Positions 1 to 13,312 of a stretch of DNA of 64,000 nt are shown here, piece by piece. The stretch's first letter is position 1. Every line of letters begins with the position of its first letter. The DNA lies in assembly GCA_963775425.1 (NCBI GenBank), contig CAVZJB010000012.1, positions 64,001 to 128,000 on the forward strand. Reading direction: 5' to 3'. The notes beneath the pieces are model-generated. The model saw only the letters and a program-made list of their open reading frames with translations, ran no database searches and had not been told where the DNA came from. The translations under genes were made by a program, and so were the position numbers. This DNA is from an uncultured delta proteobacterium. GTDB taxonomy: Bacteria > Myxococcota > UBA727 > VGSZ01.

Positions 1-2
1 TC

Positions 3-3000
3 TCGGTCGCGCAGGACAGCGTCGTCGTCGACACCGCCGACCCCGTGGGCACCGTGGCCATCCTCGATCCCGAAGGCAACGCCGACGGCTTCGCCAACAC
101 CGCCAACGTCACCGTCGCGCTCACGCTCCCCGGCGAGGACACGGGCACCGCGCAGATGGCGGTGCGCGAGGCGGCCACGCTCGACTGCACCAGCGGCGCG
201 CTCTCGTACGAAGCGTTTTCGTCCACCAAGGCGCTCGTGCTCGCCGGCGGCCAGGGCCTCCGCACCGTCAGCGCGTGCTTCAAGGACGCCGCGGGCCGCG
301 TGACGCCGGCGGCGTCGGTGGCGCACGCGAGCATCACGCTCGACACCGTCGCGCCCGCGGGCGTGCTCTCGGTGGCCGAGGGCTCCGTCGTCGGCGGCAC
401 GCACTTCGTCAACACCGAGAACGTCACGGCCGTCATCTCGGGCACCTCGCCCGACGTCGTCGGGCTCGCGGTGTCCACGAGCGCGCTCAACTGCGCCACC
501 GCCACCTACGGGCCGTTCTCCGCTGCGACGCCGGTGACGCTGTCGATCGGTGAGGGCGACAAGACCATCAACGCCTGCCTCGAGGACGGCGCCGGGCTCA
601 CCACCGCGCTCACCACCCAGGTGCGCCTCGACACCACCGCGCCGGCCGGCACGCTCACGCTCGACGGCGGCGCCGACTACACGGCAGACCGCAACGTCGA
701 CATCAACGTCCAAAGCGGCGAGGCCGACCTCGCGCTCAAGATCCCCGCCACCGACTGCACGCCGCCGTTCAACGTCTCGCCCTTCGACGGCGACGAGACC
801 CGCACCGCCACCATCGCCGGCAGCGAGGGCACGCGCACCCTCGGGGCCTGCCTGCGCGATCCCGCGGGCAACACCACGTTCCTGTCCGACGCCATCAACC
901 TCGACCTCACGCCGCCGGTCGGCATCTCCGCCACCTGCGCGTCCTGCCTCGTCGACAACACCACCGGCACGCCGGCGTTCTTCACCGCCGGCACCGACGT
1001 CGACGGCGACAGCGTCGTCGACGCCGCCGTGCTGCTCGGCAACGTCGAGGCCGTGGACCCGAACGCCAACGGCTTCGTCCAGAGCGTGGTCGCGCGCGTG
1101 GACCTCAACGGCGACGGCGACTTCGCCGACACCGTCGGCGGCGTCCCCGAGACGCAGATCGAGGCCTACGACTCCTTCGTCCCCGTGCGCCTCGGCAGCG
1201 CCGACGGCCCCTACGCCGTCCACATCTCCTTCGTGGACGCCGCCGGCAACGAGAGCCCCGAGCTCGACTTCGACACGAGCTCGCCCACGCCCAATCCGCT
1301 CGTGGTCAACCTCGACCGCGCGCCGCCGTCGGCCGGCACCACGTTCACCGTCAACGGTCGCCTCGGCGACGGCACCACGTCGACGGCGCGCACCGTCACG
1401 CAGAACGTCACCGTGGCGTTCGGCCTGCCCGTCGGCAACGACGTCGTCGCCGCCATCGTCACCGAGGGCGGGAGCTTCGCGGGCCTCTCGCCGCGGCCGC
1501 TCGCCGACGTCCTCGGCAACCCCTTCGTCCTGTCGAGTGGCGACGCCACCAAGACGCTGCACGCGCGCCTCTTCGATCGCGCGGGCAACGCCACCACCCT
1601 CACCGCCGCGCCGGCCATCATCCTCGACACCACGCCGCCCGTGATCCTGTCGTTCGCGCTCTCGGACGCCACCTCGGGCAGCACCACCACCTCGGACAAG
1701 CACGTCGTCAACGCCACGCAGAGCGTGGTCAGCGAGACGGGCTTGCAGATGCGCATCCTCACCCCCGACAACCCCGACGACAACGCCGGCGAGGTCTTCG
1801 GCGCGTTCGCGGGCACGGCCTCGGTCGACGTCGCGGGCGCCGCCGGCGCCGACGGCCAGAAGTCGGCCGTGCTGCAGGTGCGCGACCTCGCGCGCAACCT
1901 CGCCACCGCCAACGCCACCATCGCGGTCGACACCGTCGCCCCCACCATCGCGTCCGTGACGCTCGCGAGCGGCGCGTCGTCCACGCGCAATCTCTCCGTC
2001 CAGCTCAACGTCGACGGCGCCGGCGCCACACGCATGCAGGTCACGGTGCGCGACACCGACGCGTCCACGTCCACGGCCGGCCCGGTGACGGCGTTTCAGC
2101 CGCAGACCCTCGTCACGCTCCCCGCCGGCGACTGCGCCGACGGCTGCAAGCGCGTCGAGGTCACGCTGTTCGACGACGCCGGCAACCCGTCGTCGGTCGG
2201 CTTCGACACCATCAGCCTCGACACCGTCGCGCCTTCTTCCGTGGCGCTGTCGCTCGCGGCGGGAGGCGCGGTCGTGAACAAGCAGACCACGGCCGTCACG
2301 CTCACGTTCACCACCGGCGTCACCGAGGCCAAGGAGGTCGCGCTCGGCGAAGGCATCGACTGCGCCACCGCCTCGTACGCGGCGCTCACCGCCACGAGCC
2401 CCGACACGTCCAAGACGGTGACGCTGACCGCGGGCGACGGCACCAAGACGGTGACGGCGTGCTTCCGCGACGCGTCCGGCAACATCGCCACCGCCGCCGA
2501 TCAGATCGTCCTCGACACCACGGCCCCCGCGGGCATCAGCATCGCCCTCGACGGCGGCGCGGCCAAGACCAACCTGGTCGCCGGCGTCCCCGTCCAGGTG
2601 GTGTTGCCGCCCGGGCTCGTCGACGTCACCGGCATCGCCCTGGCCGACCGCACCGGCACCACGGCGCTGGCGTGCGCCTCGGCCACGTATGTCCCCTTCA
2701 CCGGCGCCGCCACGGTGAGCTTCTCGAACGCCGCCAACCAGCAAAAGCGCGTGGAGGCGTGCTTCGAGGACGCCGCCGGCAACCGGAGCGGCTCCTCGGT
2801 GAGCGACGCCATCACGCTCGACACCACGCTCAACGCCGGCTCCATCACGCTGAGCCTGGCCGGCGTCCCCAGCCAGCAGTTCACGCGCATCCAGACCATC
2901 GGCGCGACCATCTCCGGGATGAACGCGGAGGCCGTCCGCAAGGTGGAGCTGTCCGAGCTCGGGACCTTCGCCGACGCCACCGCCATCGCGGTGGCGGCCG

Positions 3001-5733
3001 GCACCGACAGCATCCTGCTGCCGTTCACGCTGTCCTCGGGCGACGGGAACAAGACCGTCCACCTGCGCGTCACCGACGACGCGGGCAACACCAACAGCGC
3101 CGTCACCGACACCATCGTGCTCGACACCACGCCCCCGAGCGCCCCTCGCTTCAACAACACCTCGGTGCTCGTGAACGGCAGCGGCTCGGTCACCATCAAC
3201 GCGCTGGCCACGCAGGCGGCCGACACCGGCTCCGGCCTCCGCTCACCGCGGCCCTACGACCTCCCCGAGGTGAGCTCGTCCAATTGCACGGCCTCGGGCA
3301 TGAGCTTCGTGTCGGGCAACTGCGAGTGGAACGGCACCACGCCGTTCACCATCAACGCCTCGCTGCTCGGTGAGGGCGAGACCCGCTTTCATGTCCACGC
3401 CGTCGACAACGCGAAGAACGCCAGCACTGATGACGTCGTCATCATCACCAAGGACAGCGTGGCGCCCTCGCCGGTCAGCCTCGACGAGGCGATCCCCGGC
3501 GATCGCCAGATCTCGCTGTCGTGGTCCGTCCCCGGCGGGCTCCCGCCCGACGTCGCCGGGTTCCACGTCCACTACCAGGTGAACCCGGGGACCTCGGTCT
3601 TCAACTGCCCGAGCGCGCTGCCTTACGACGGTGACTTCGCCGCGCAGGGGCTCTCCCCCATCGACGTGGGGCTGAGCTTCGGCTTCCAGCTCACAGAGCT
3701 CAGCAACGACATCCCGTTCTGCGTCGCCGTCACCGCGTACGATCACGCGGGCAACGAGATCACGTCCGGTTTCGGCCCCGTCTCGGTCACGCCCTACGCC
3801 GTGGCGCCCACCTTGCGCGCGGACCTCACCGCTGCGCAGATGGGCACCGGCACCAAGGTCGGCGCCGTCGCCGCGCGCGACGGTCTGCTCTACGTGGCGT
3901 CCGCCGGCGCGCCGCTCGTCGTGATGGACGCCGCCGACGACGCGTGCTTCGACGTCACCGATCCCACCGCCTTCGCCACCTGCACGCACCGCATCGCGGG
4001 CGTCGGCAACCTGGTGGATCCGCGCGACATCGCCGTGTCCGGCACGGTGGTGTTCGTCGCGGACGCGGGCTTCGGGCAGGGCTTGCGCGTCTTCCGCGTC
4101 AACGACGGCTCGTCCATCACGGAATTCGGGTTCTCGCCGCTGCAGAGCGTCGGGGGGTTCTCGCTCGGAGACGCCAAGTCGCTCTCGGTGCAGGGCAACA
4201 CGCTCGCCGTCGTCTCCGACTTCGGCGTCGGCCTCCTCAACCTCGACACCGTGTGGTCGAACGCCGCGCCGACGCTGTTTTCGTCCATCACCGCCAACTC
4301 CGTCACCGGCAAGGGGGTGGGCGTGGACATCCAGGGGAACCGGCTGGCCATCGGCGGCAGCAACGGCCACAACCTGTGGGACATCACCAACCCGGCGAGC
4401 CCGGTGGAGGTCACCACCGACTGCAGCGCCTCCACGGGCTTGCTGCGCGCGGCCAAGCTCGCCGGGCGTACCTTCTACTTCGTCGGCGTCGACAACACGC
4501 TCTACTCCTGCGACACGTTCACGGGGTTGGAGCGGTCGAGCGCGTCCACGGAGAGAGCGCACATCGCGCTCCTCGGGCCGTATCTGGTCACCACCGGCAG
4601 CGGCGCCCTCGAGGTCATCGACGCGTCCGATCGCACCGACATCCGCTTCATCGGGCGTGATGACTCGGGCGGGTTCGGCGACATCGATCTCGGTCCCCTG
4701 GCGGTCGACAAGACGCGCGCCTACTGGGCCACCGGCGTCGGCAGCGACCTCCGCGTGGTCGACTTCACCCGCGTCCGCGCGCTGGAGCAGGCCGATCAGG
4801 AGGGCAACCTCGAGGGCGACAACGCGTCCACCCTCCTCGGCGACGCGTACGTCAACGACATCAGCGACGTCGCCCACGTCCAGCGCTTCGGAGTGCAGAT
4901 CGACGCCAGCGGCTCCGGCGTCGGCATCAACGATCTCGTCGAGGAAAACGGCATCGTCATCGCGCTCAGCACGGGACACATGCGGCTGGAGACGCGCTCG
5001 TCGAACGGCGGACTCACCTCGCCCTTCGTCGTCGCCACCGCCGCCAGCGGGACGTCGGCCACGGTGGCCTCGGCGGTCCTGCGCTGGCCGTACCTCGTCA
5101 CCGTGGAAGACGGCGCGAGCGTCACGGTGCGGAGCTACGACCTCACCACCTGGACCTCGTCCGTGGGGCCGACGCTCCGATCCACCCAGACCATCCCCGT
5201 CACCGCCGGCGTCCGGCTCACCAAGTCGTCCATCTCGTACATGCGCGGCTCGATCTACGTCGGCGTCGGCGACTTCAGCGGCTCCGACGCGGCGCGCGGC
5301 GTCTACCGCATCCCCTTCAACGAGGCGAGCGGCGGCACGCTCAGCACGGCGCAGCCAGGTCCTGTCCGACACGTCCGGCGTCATCGGCCTCTCGCGCCAC
5401 GGGTACCGCATGCTCTTCTGGAAGCACGGCGGCGTGCTCCAGGTGCAGAACTTCCCCACCGCCACATGGAGCGCGGGGAACATCCTCGTGACGTCCGTGA
5501 CCGCCGGCGGCGTCGACGACCCCTCGCCGCGCTCCGTGGGCAACACCGTGTACTTCCCGCGCTCGTCGAGCGTCGGCGTCGTCCAGCTCGACTACGACAC
5601 CGACGGCTTCGCCACCGGCGCGCGCCAACGCATGCAGTTCCCCGGCTCCATCATCGAGGGCGTCGAGGTGGCCGGCGACCGCATGCTGATCAACGAGCAC
5701 GCCCGCCCGCTGATCCTCGTCAGCGTCCGCTGA
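3..5733 (+). CDS. Giant surface/secreted protein (5'-partial): tandem Ig-like repeats, fibronectin type III domain, C-terminal LVIVD-like beta-propeller region; apparent frameshift near 5350
   Basis: Frame is open from position 3. Recurrent 'D.AGN...LDT.AP' Ig-like repeat ends; FN3-like 'PGDRQISLSWSVP...VAGFHVHY...VAVTAYDHAGNE'. After ~5350 the sensible sequence continues in the 4657..5733 frame (QVLSDTSGVIG...LILVSVR*). Confidence 0.8.
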
Positions 5734-5739
5734 CGGCGC

Positions 5740-6708
5740 TCAGCGCTCGCCGCGGATGCGCAGGGCTTCGAGGACGAGGTCGGGGCGGTCCGACTGCGGG
5801 ACGTCGAGGCCCTGGTCGAGGACGGGGTTGTAGTCGGCGTCGCCGCCGAGGTTGGCGAGGACGTCGATGGTGAAGACGTCGGTGAGGACGCGGGTGCCGC
5901 GGTCGTGGACCACGGCGAGCCCTTCGTCGAGCTCGTCGAGGTGGAGCTCCACGAGCGCCGGCAACCGCGGCGCGAAGTGGTCGAGCTCGGTGCCGACGGC
6001 GGCGACGGTGTCGGGCCGGTTCATGAAGTGCAGGTTCGGCTCGAGGGCGAGCGCGGCGTCGATCTTGTCCACGCTGCTCGTGTCGAAGATGGCCCAGTCG
6101 ACGGCGTCGGCGTCCTCGATGGCCTGAACGAGCCCGGCGACGTCGTCGGTCTTGTTGGCGTCCACGAGCACCACCACGCGCTCGCGGCAGGTCTGCAGGA
6201 TCTCTTCGAGCGTCGGCACCTTGTCGCAGGAGAAGTCGCCTGGGAGCCCCTTGTCCTTGATGTGCAGCGCGCGGACCTCGTCGAAGGTCATCGCCGCGAC
6301 CTCGCCCGTGCCGTCGGTGGTGCGGTCGACGGTGGGGTCGTGGATGTTGACGAGGACGCCGTCGCTCGTGGGCCGCGGGTCCGTCTCGACGAAGTCGACG
6401 CCGACGGCGATGCCGGCGCGGTACGCCGACAGCGTGTCCTCGGGCGCGATCAGCCCGAGCTGGCCGCCGGCGCCGCGGTGAGCGGAGACCTGGCGGGTGC
6501 GGCACGACGGATCGAGCGCGCAGGCGACGGGCACCGGGCTCGCGCGCGCGGGCAGCCGGTCGCCGTTCGGCCCGAGCGAGCTGCAGTCGAACGCGCTTGG
6601 GTCGACGTGCACGACGTCGCCCGGGCCGGCGTCGGGCGCGCCGTCGACGGCCGGCGCGCACGCGGCGCAGGTCGCGATGACGAGCCAGGCGGCGCCGCGC
6701 CGGCTCAC
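5740..6708 (-). CDS. Glycerophosphodiester phosphodiesterase family lipoprotein
   Basis: 'SAHRGA...APEDTLSAY...VETD...TSDGVLVNIHDPTVDRTTDGTG' GDPD signature; GTG start at 6708 followed by a lipoprotein-like leader. Confidence 0.85.
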   Translation of the reverse strand: MSRRGAAWLVIATCAACAPAVDGAPDAGPGDVVHVDPSAFDCSSLGPNGDRLPARASPVPVACALDPSCRTRQVSAHRGAGGQLGLIAPEDTLSAYRAGIAVGVDFVETDPRPTSDGVLVNIHDPTVDRTTDGTGEVAAMTFDEVRALHIKDKGLPGDFSCDKVPTLEEILQTCRERVVVLVDANKTDDVAGLVQAIEDADAVDWAIFDTSSVDKIDAALALEPNLHFMNRPDTVAAVGTELDHFAPRLPALVELHLDELDEGLAVVHDRGTRVLTDVFTIDVLANLGGDADYNPVLDQGLDVPQSDRPDLVLEALRIRGER

Positions 6709-6805
6709 GCGGGGAGCGCCTCGGATCGGCGACCGGAGGGAGCGGCCGCGCTTGATCGCCGCGGCGTCGTCGGCGTCTCGCGCGTCATCCCGTCGATGCG
6801 CCGGG

Positions 6806-8891
<2,086 letters not shown>

Positions 8892-9025
8892 GGGGCACCC
8901 CGGTGCCGACACGTTATCGGCGGAGCCCGAGAGCACCCGCAGGTGTCTCGTTCCGCGGCACGGCAAGCGAGGGATTCTTTCTGCCCAAAGAGATTCGCGG
9001 ATCGGAGGGAGGAGCGGCCGGCGCG

Positions 9026-9583
9026 TCAGCGGGCGGACGACCAGTCCGCCGGGTACGTGACATAGAAGAGGCGCGTCTTGTGCGGCGTGTTGAAGACGAT
9101 GGCGCTGCCCTTGGGGATGTAGACGACGTCGCCGGCACTGGCCTCGACCACGCGGCCCTCGATGTGCACGTGGAGCACGCCCCCGAGGACGAGGTCGATC
9201 TCGTCGTACTCGAGCTTCCATGAAAACGCGTCCGCGCGCGAAAACGCCATGAAGCCCGCGGTCATCGGCGCGCGGTCTTTGCCGGTGACGACGTCGAGCA
9301 GCCCGACGTTCTTGCCGGCGCCGGCGGGCGCGAAGCGCTCGAGCCGCACGCTCTCCCCGCGCACCACCACCACGCCCGACGCGTCCACGCTTCGTTCGCC
9401 GCCGCCGCCGCTCGCCTCCGCGAGGTCTTCGCCCTCGGCGCTCGTGTCGATGACGACGCCGAGCTCCCGCGCGCGCGACCACGCGCTCGGCGTCACCACC
9501 GTGCTCGCCGGCGGCGCGCCAATCCTCCGGCGCCCGGCGGCGTACTGCTGCGCGACGACCTCGTCGGTGACGACCCTCTTCAC
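9026..9583 (-). CDS. eutQ: EutQ-like cupin protein
   Basis: '[15 protein letters not shown]' N-terminus and 'PMTAGFM...[16 protein letters not shown]...[15 protein letters not shown]...FYVTYPADW' match EutQ. Confidence 0.8.
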   Translation of the reverse strand: MKRVVTDEVVAQQYAAGRRRIGAPPASTVVTPSAWSRARELGVVIDTSAEGEDLAEASGGGGERSVDASGVVVVRGESVRLERFAPAGAGKNVGLLDVVTGKDRAPMTAGFMAFSRADAFSWKLEYDEIDLVLGGVLHVHIEGRVVEASAGDVVYIPKGSAIVFNTPHKTRLFYVTYPADWSSAR

Positions 9584-9680
9584 CCCGCCCGCGTACCTCC
9601 GGCCACCGCCGGCGGCAAGGCATGCGCGCCGGGCCAGACCCCGAGGCGCGCGTGGCCGCCCCGCGCTAACGTGCGCGGCC

Positions 9681-10238
9681 ATGGCGCGCGAAGTCTTCGT
9701 CTCCACCGACGTCGAGGCCGACGGTCCGATCCCCGGCCCGCACTCGATGCTCTCGTTCGCCTCCGTCGCCTTCGACGAGGACGGCGCCGAGCTGTCGTCG
9801 TTTTCGCGCAACCTCGACACGCTCGCTGGCGCCGCCGGCCACAAGGACACCATGGCGTGGTGGGAGACGCAGAGGGCGGCGTGGGAGGCGTGCCGCAAGG
9901 ACACGGTGCCCCCCGAGGCGGCGATGAAGGAGTACCTCGCCTGGCTCGACGGGCTGCCCGGGCGCCCCGTGTTCGTCGCCTATCCCGCCGGCTTCGACTT
10001 CATGTTCGTCTATTGGTACCTGATGCGCTTCGCGGGCAAGTCGCCGTTTTCGCACTCCGCGCTCGACATCAAGACCTACACGATGTGCACGCTCAAGCTT
10101 CGCTTCCGCGAGAGCACCAAGCGCAACATGCCGCGCCGCTGGTTCCCCGCGGTGAAGCACAGCCACGTCGCCCTCGACGACGCGCGCGAGCAGGGCTTGC
10201 TGTTCATGGCCATGCGCGAGGAGCGCCTGCGCGGGTGA
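9681..10238 (+). CDS. DEDD-family 3'-5' exonuclease
   Basis: 'STDVEADGP', 'YPAGFDF', 'HVALDDA' ExoI/II/III-like motifs. Confidence 0.8.
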   Translation: MAREVFVSTDVEADGPIPGPHSMLSFASVAFDEDGAELSSFSRNLDTLAGAAGHKDTMAWWETQRAAWEACRKDTVPPEAAMKEYLAWLDGLPGRPVFVAYPAGFDFMFVYWYLMRFAGKSPFSHSALDIKTYTMCTLKLRFRESTKRNMPRRWFPAVKHSHVALDDAREQGLLFMAMREERLRG

Positions 10239-10352
10239 CGCGGCGTCCTCCCGTCGTCGTCGGTCATCGATCCGAGACGTGACGCGGGACACTCCCACCG
10301 GTGGGATGCCCGAGATCAACGAATTCCGCCGAAGCGCCATCATCGACGGGCG

Positions 10353-12311
10353 ATGCAGCGGTACCAGATCTATGGGCGGTTGGCGGCGGGCGCGATGGGC
10401 GAGGTGCTCCTCGCCCGCGAGCGCAGCCGCGCCGGCCGGCTCGTCGCCGTCAAGCGTATGTTGGTGCGCAGCGACGAGGCGACCACGCAACTCCTCGAGG
10501 AGGCGCGCGTGTGCGCGACCGTGGCCCACCCCCACGTGGTCGGCGTGCTCGACGTCGGCGCCGACGAGGACGGGCCGTTCCTCGTGCTCGAGTACGTGCA
10601 CGGCGCCACGCTCGGCGCGTTGGCGGATCGGGCGGTGGCGGGCGGCGAGCTGTTGCCGGTGGAGGCGGTGGCGCGCGCGATCCACGACGTCGCCCTCGGC
10701 CTCGCGGCGGCGCACGACGCCGGCGTCGTGCACCGCGACGTGAAGCCCTCGAACATCCTCGTGTCCCTCGAGGGACAGGCGCGCGTCGCCGACTTCGGCA
10801 TCGCGTACGCCGCCAAGCGCCTGGTGGCGCCCACCGAGGCGGGCTTCGTCCGCGGCACGCTGCGCTACATGTCGCCCGAGCAGCTCGAGGCCAAGGACGT
10901 CGGCGCGGCGAGCGACCAGTTCGCGCTCGGCATCGTCCTGTGGGAGGCGCTCGCGGGCGCGCCGCTGTTCTACGCGCTCGGCGACCACGACGTCGACGTC
11001 GCGCGCAGGGTGCTCTCGGGCCGCGTGCCGCCGCTGCGCTCGCTGCGTGACGACGTGCCGCGCGCGCTCGAGGCCGCGGTGCTGCGGATGCTCGCGCGCC
11101 GCCCGGGGGATCGCTTCCCGAGCTGCGCGGCGGCCGCGGCGGCGCTGCGCGCGGCGTTCGACGCCGCCGCCTTCGAGCGCGCGCAGGAGGGCCTCGGCGG
11201 CGTGGCGCGGCTGCTGGTGGGGCGCGAGACCGATCGACGGCTGGCGCGGCTGACGGAGCGGACGGCGTTCGACGTCCCTTCCATCCACGCGCTGAACACG
11301 GCGGTGGAGGCGCCGACGCTGACGTCCGTTCCGCGGCCCGTGCGCGACGACGCACCGCGGACGCTCCCGCCGATCGACGAGTCGGTGACCTCCCGCGATC
11401 TGCCGACGGCGCCCACGCGCAAGGCGCGACGCAAGACGCCGCAGGCGAGCCCGCTGCCTGAGCTCGACGTCGACACGCACGCCCCGACCGCGGCCTTCGC
11501 CGTGCCTTCGTCCCCGCGGCGGGCGTCCCCGCGGCGGGCGTCGCCGCCGGCCAAAGACGACGGCGCGCCGGACGCCGGCGCCGTCGCGTCCGCCGACGAC
11601 ACCCCCACGGGCGCCTTCGCCGCGGCGACGGCGTCCACGGGAGTGCGCCCCGCGCGCGCCGCCCGCTGGCCCGTCGCGGCCGCGGTCGTCGCCGTGGTGG
11701 CGGCCGCGTGCGCGTCCTGCGTGGCGGTGCTCGCGACGACGTCGCGCTCGCCCGGCGCGGCCGTCGACGCGCCGGCGATCGTCGAGGTGCCGCGGATAGC
11801 CCCCTACGCCGATCCCGACGGGCGCGCCGCGCAAAGCCCGCCCATCGCCGATCACGCCGTCGCCGATCACGTCGTCGCCGACCACGGCGTCGCCGATCAC
11901 GCCGTCGCCGATCACGGGGCCGTCGACGACGGCAGCGCCGCGGCCCCCGCAGAGAGCGCGACGCCCGTATCGACAGGCCCGTCGCCGTCCTCGGCGCGAC
12001 ACGCGGCGCGCAGGGCAAGCGAGCTCCCCGAGCGCGCCGGGGCCCGGCGGGCGCGCGCGCGCGCCGTCCGCTTCGCGGGCGCCCGCGAGCCGCACCTGGT
12101 GCTCGCGGTCGACGCGTCGATGCGCGCGAGCGCGCAGCAGCGCCTGCGCGGATGCCGCCTCGCGCGCTCCGTCGTCGGCGTCGTCCGCGCGCGGCCCCAC
12201 GGCGTCGCGGTGACCAGCCAGCCGCGCAACGAGTGCGTGGAGCGCGCGCTCGCGCACGCCCTCCGCGGATTCAAGGGCGACGTCGAGCCCTACCAGATCG
12301 ATCGGGATTGA
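10353..12311 (+). CDS. Serine/threonine protein kinase with low-complexity linker and TM segment
   Basis: VAVK, HRDVKPSN, DFG, GTLRYMSPEQ, SDQFALG motifs. Confidence 0.92.
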   Translation: MQRYQIYGRLAAGAMGEVLLARERSRAGRLVAVKRMLVRSDEATTQLLEEARVCATVAHPHVVGVLDVGADEDGPFLVLEYVHGATLGALADRAVAGGELLPVEAVARAIHDVALGLAAAHDAGVVHRDVKPSNILVSLEGQARVADFGIAYAAKRLVAPTEAGFVRGTLRYMSPEQLEAKDVGAASDQFALGIVLWEALAGAPLFYALGDHDVDVARRVLSGRVPPLRSLRDDVPRALEAAVLRMLARRPGDRFPSCAAAAAALRAAFDAAAFERAQEGLGGVARLLVGRETDRRLARLTERTAFDVPSIHALNTAVEAPTLTSVPRPVRDDAPRTLPPIDESVTSRDLPTAPTRKARRKTPQASPLPELDVDTHAPTAAFAVPSSPRRASPRRASPPAKDDGAPDAGAVASADDTPTGAFAAATASTGVRPARAARWPVAAAVVAVVAAACASCVAVLATTSRSPGAAVDAPAIVEVPRIAPYADPDGRAAQSPPIADHAVADHVVADHGVADHAVADHGAVDDGSAAAPAESATPVSTGPSPSSARHAARRASELPERAGARRARARAVRFAGAREPHLVLAVDASMRASAQQRLRGCRLARSVVGVVRARPHGVAVTSQPRNECVERALAHALRGFKGDVEPYQIDRD

Positions 12312-12455
12312 TTCCCCGGGCCGCGCCTTCGTGCCGCAGCCCCGTGTCGGCGGCGCGTCGTTCGTCCCCGGCGCGACGCGGCGGCTGAGCCACTCTGAGG
12401 CAATCGTTGCGACCGATACGATTTTCGTCAGGGCGTCCGTTAGCATCGTCGTCCG

Positions 12456-13274
12456 ATGCTCACCCTCGCGCTCCTCGCCTCGCTGGCGGCACCGGTGGTG
12501 CGCGTCGCCGTCGAAGGCGACGATCCGGTGGTGGGCTTCGTGCGCGCGCGGCTCTCCGCCGCCGGCCTCGCCCTCGTCGAGCCCAACCAGGCCGACGTGC
12601 GCGTGCGCCTGCGCGTCCTCGAGCACGGCGGCATCCACGTCGTCGTCGAAGACCGCCGCGGCGTCCTCGTGGACCGCGACCTCGACGGTGACGAGCCCCA
12701 GGTCGCCGCGTGGCTCGCCGTGCGCGACGCCGTCGAGCGCGTCGACGTCAGCGCGCCGCCGCCCTCCACGCAAAAGCCCGCCCCGCTCCCCGTCGCCGTC
12801 GACGTCCTCGCCGGCGCCGCCCCCGACGTCGGCCTGTCGTCGACGTCGTTCTTCCCCGTCGCGCTCGTCGTCAGCGCGCGCTGGCCCGTGGTCCCCCACC
12901 TCCGCATCGTCGCCGACGCCGGCTACGCCGTCGGCTTTTCGTCGGGCGTCGTGCTCCACAGCCTCCCCGTCCGCTTCGGCGCCGAGGCCACCGGCGGCGA
13001 CGACGTCGAGTGGTCCGCCGGCGCGCGCGTCTCCACCACGCCGAGCCTGGCGGTCTCCGGCTCGCGCGCGGGTGGCGGCGTCGGCGCCGCCGTCGCCGCG
13101 TACGGCCGCGTCGCGTTCCCGCTCGGGCGCGTGCTCGGCCTCGACGCCGCCGCCGTCGTCGAGGCCGGCCTCGAGTCCAAGCTCGTCCGCGAGGTCGTCG
13201 TCACCGACGCCGGCACGCGCCAGGAGCCCCTGTTCGCCGCGCCCGTCTCCGTCGGCGTGGAGGTGCGCCTGTGA
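12456..13274 (+). CDS. Hypothetical secreted protein (possible outer-membrane beta-barrel C-terminus)
   Basis: Signal-peptide-like start, alternating beta-strand pattern ending VSVGVEVRL; typical high-GC codon usage. Confidence 0.6.
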   Translation: MLTLALLASLAAPVVRVAVEGDDPVVGFVRARLSAAGLALVEPNQADVRVRLRVLEHGGIHVVVEDRRGVLVDRDLDGDEPQVAAWLAVRDAVERVDVSAPPPSTQKPAPLPVAVDVLAGAAPDVGLSSTSFFPVALVVSARWPVVPHLRIVADAGYAVGFSSGVVLHSLPVRFGAEATGGDDVEWSAGARVSTTPSLAVSGSRAGGGVGAAVAAYGRVAFPLGRVLGLDAAAVVEAGLESKLVREVVVTDAGTRQEPLFAAPVSVGVEVRL

Positions 13275-13283
13275 GACGTCCTG

Positions 13284-13289
13284 TGTCAA
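13284..13289 (-). promoter_or_regulatory. -35 element (TTGACA) at the IS110 right end; forms a junction promoter with CAACCT (14766-14771, minus strand) at 17-bp spacing on circularisation
   Basis: Minus-strand circle junction reads TTGACA-caggacgtctcattgga-CAACCT. Confidence 0.65.
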
Positions 13290-13312
13290 CCACCGCGCTG
13301 CGTCACGCCATC

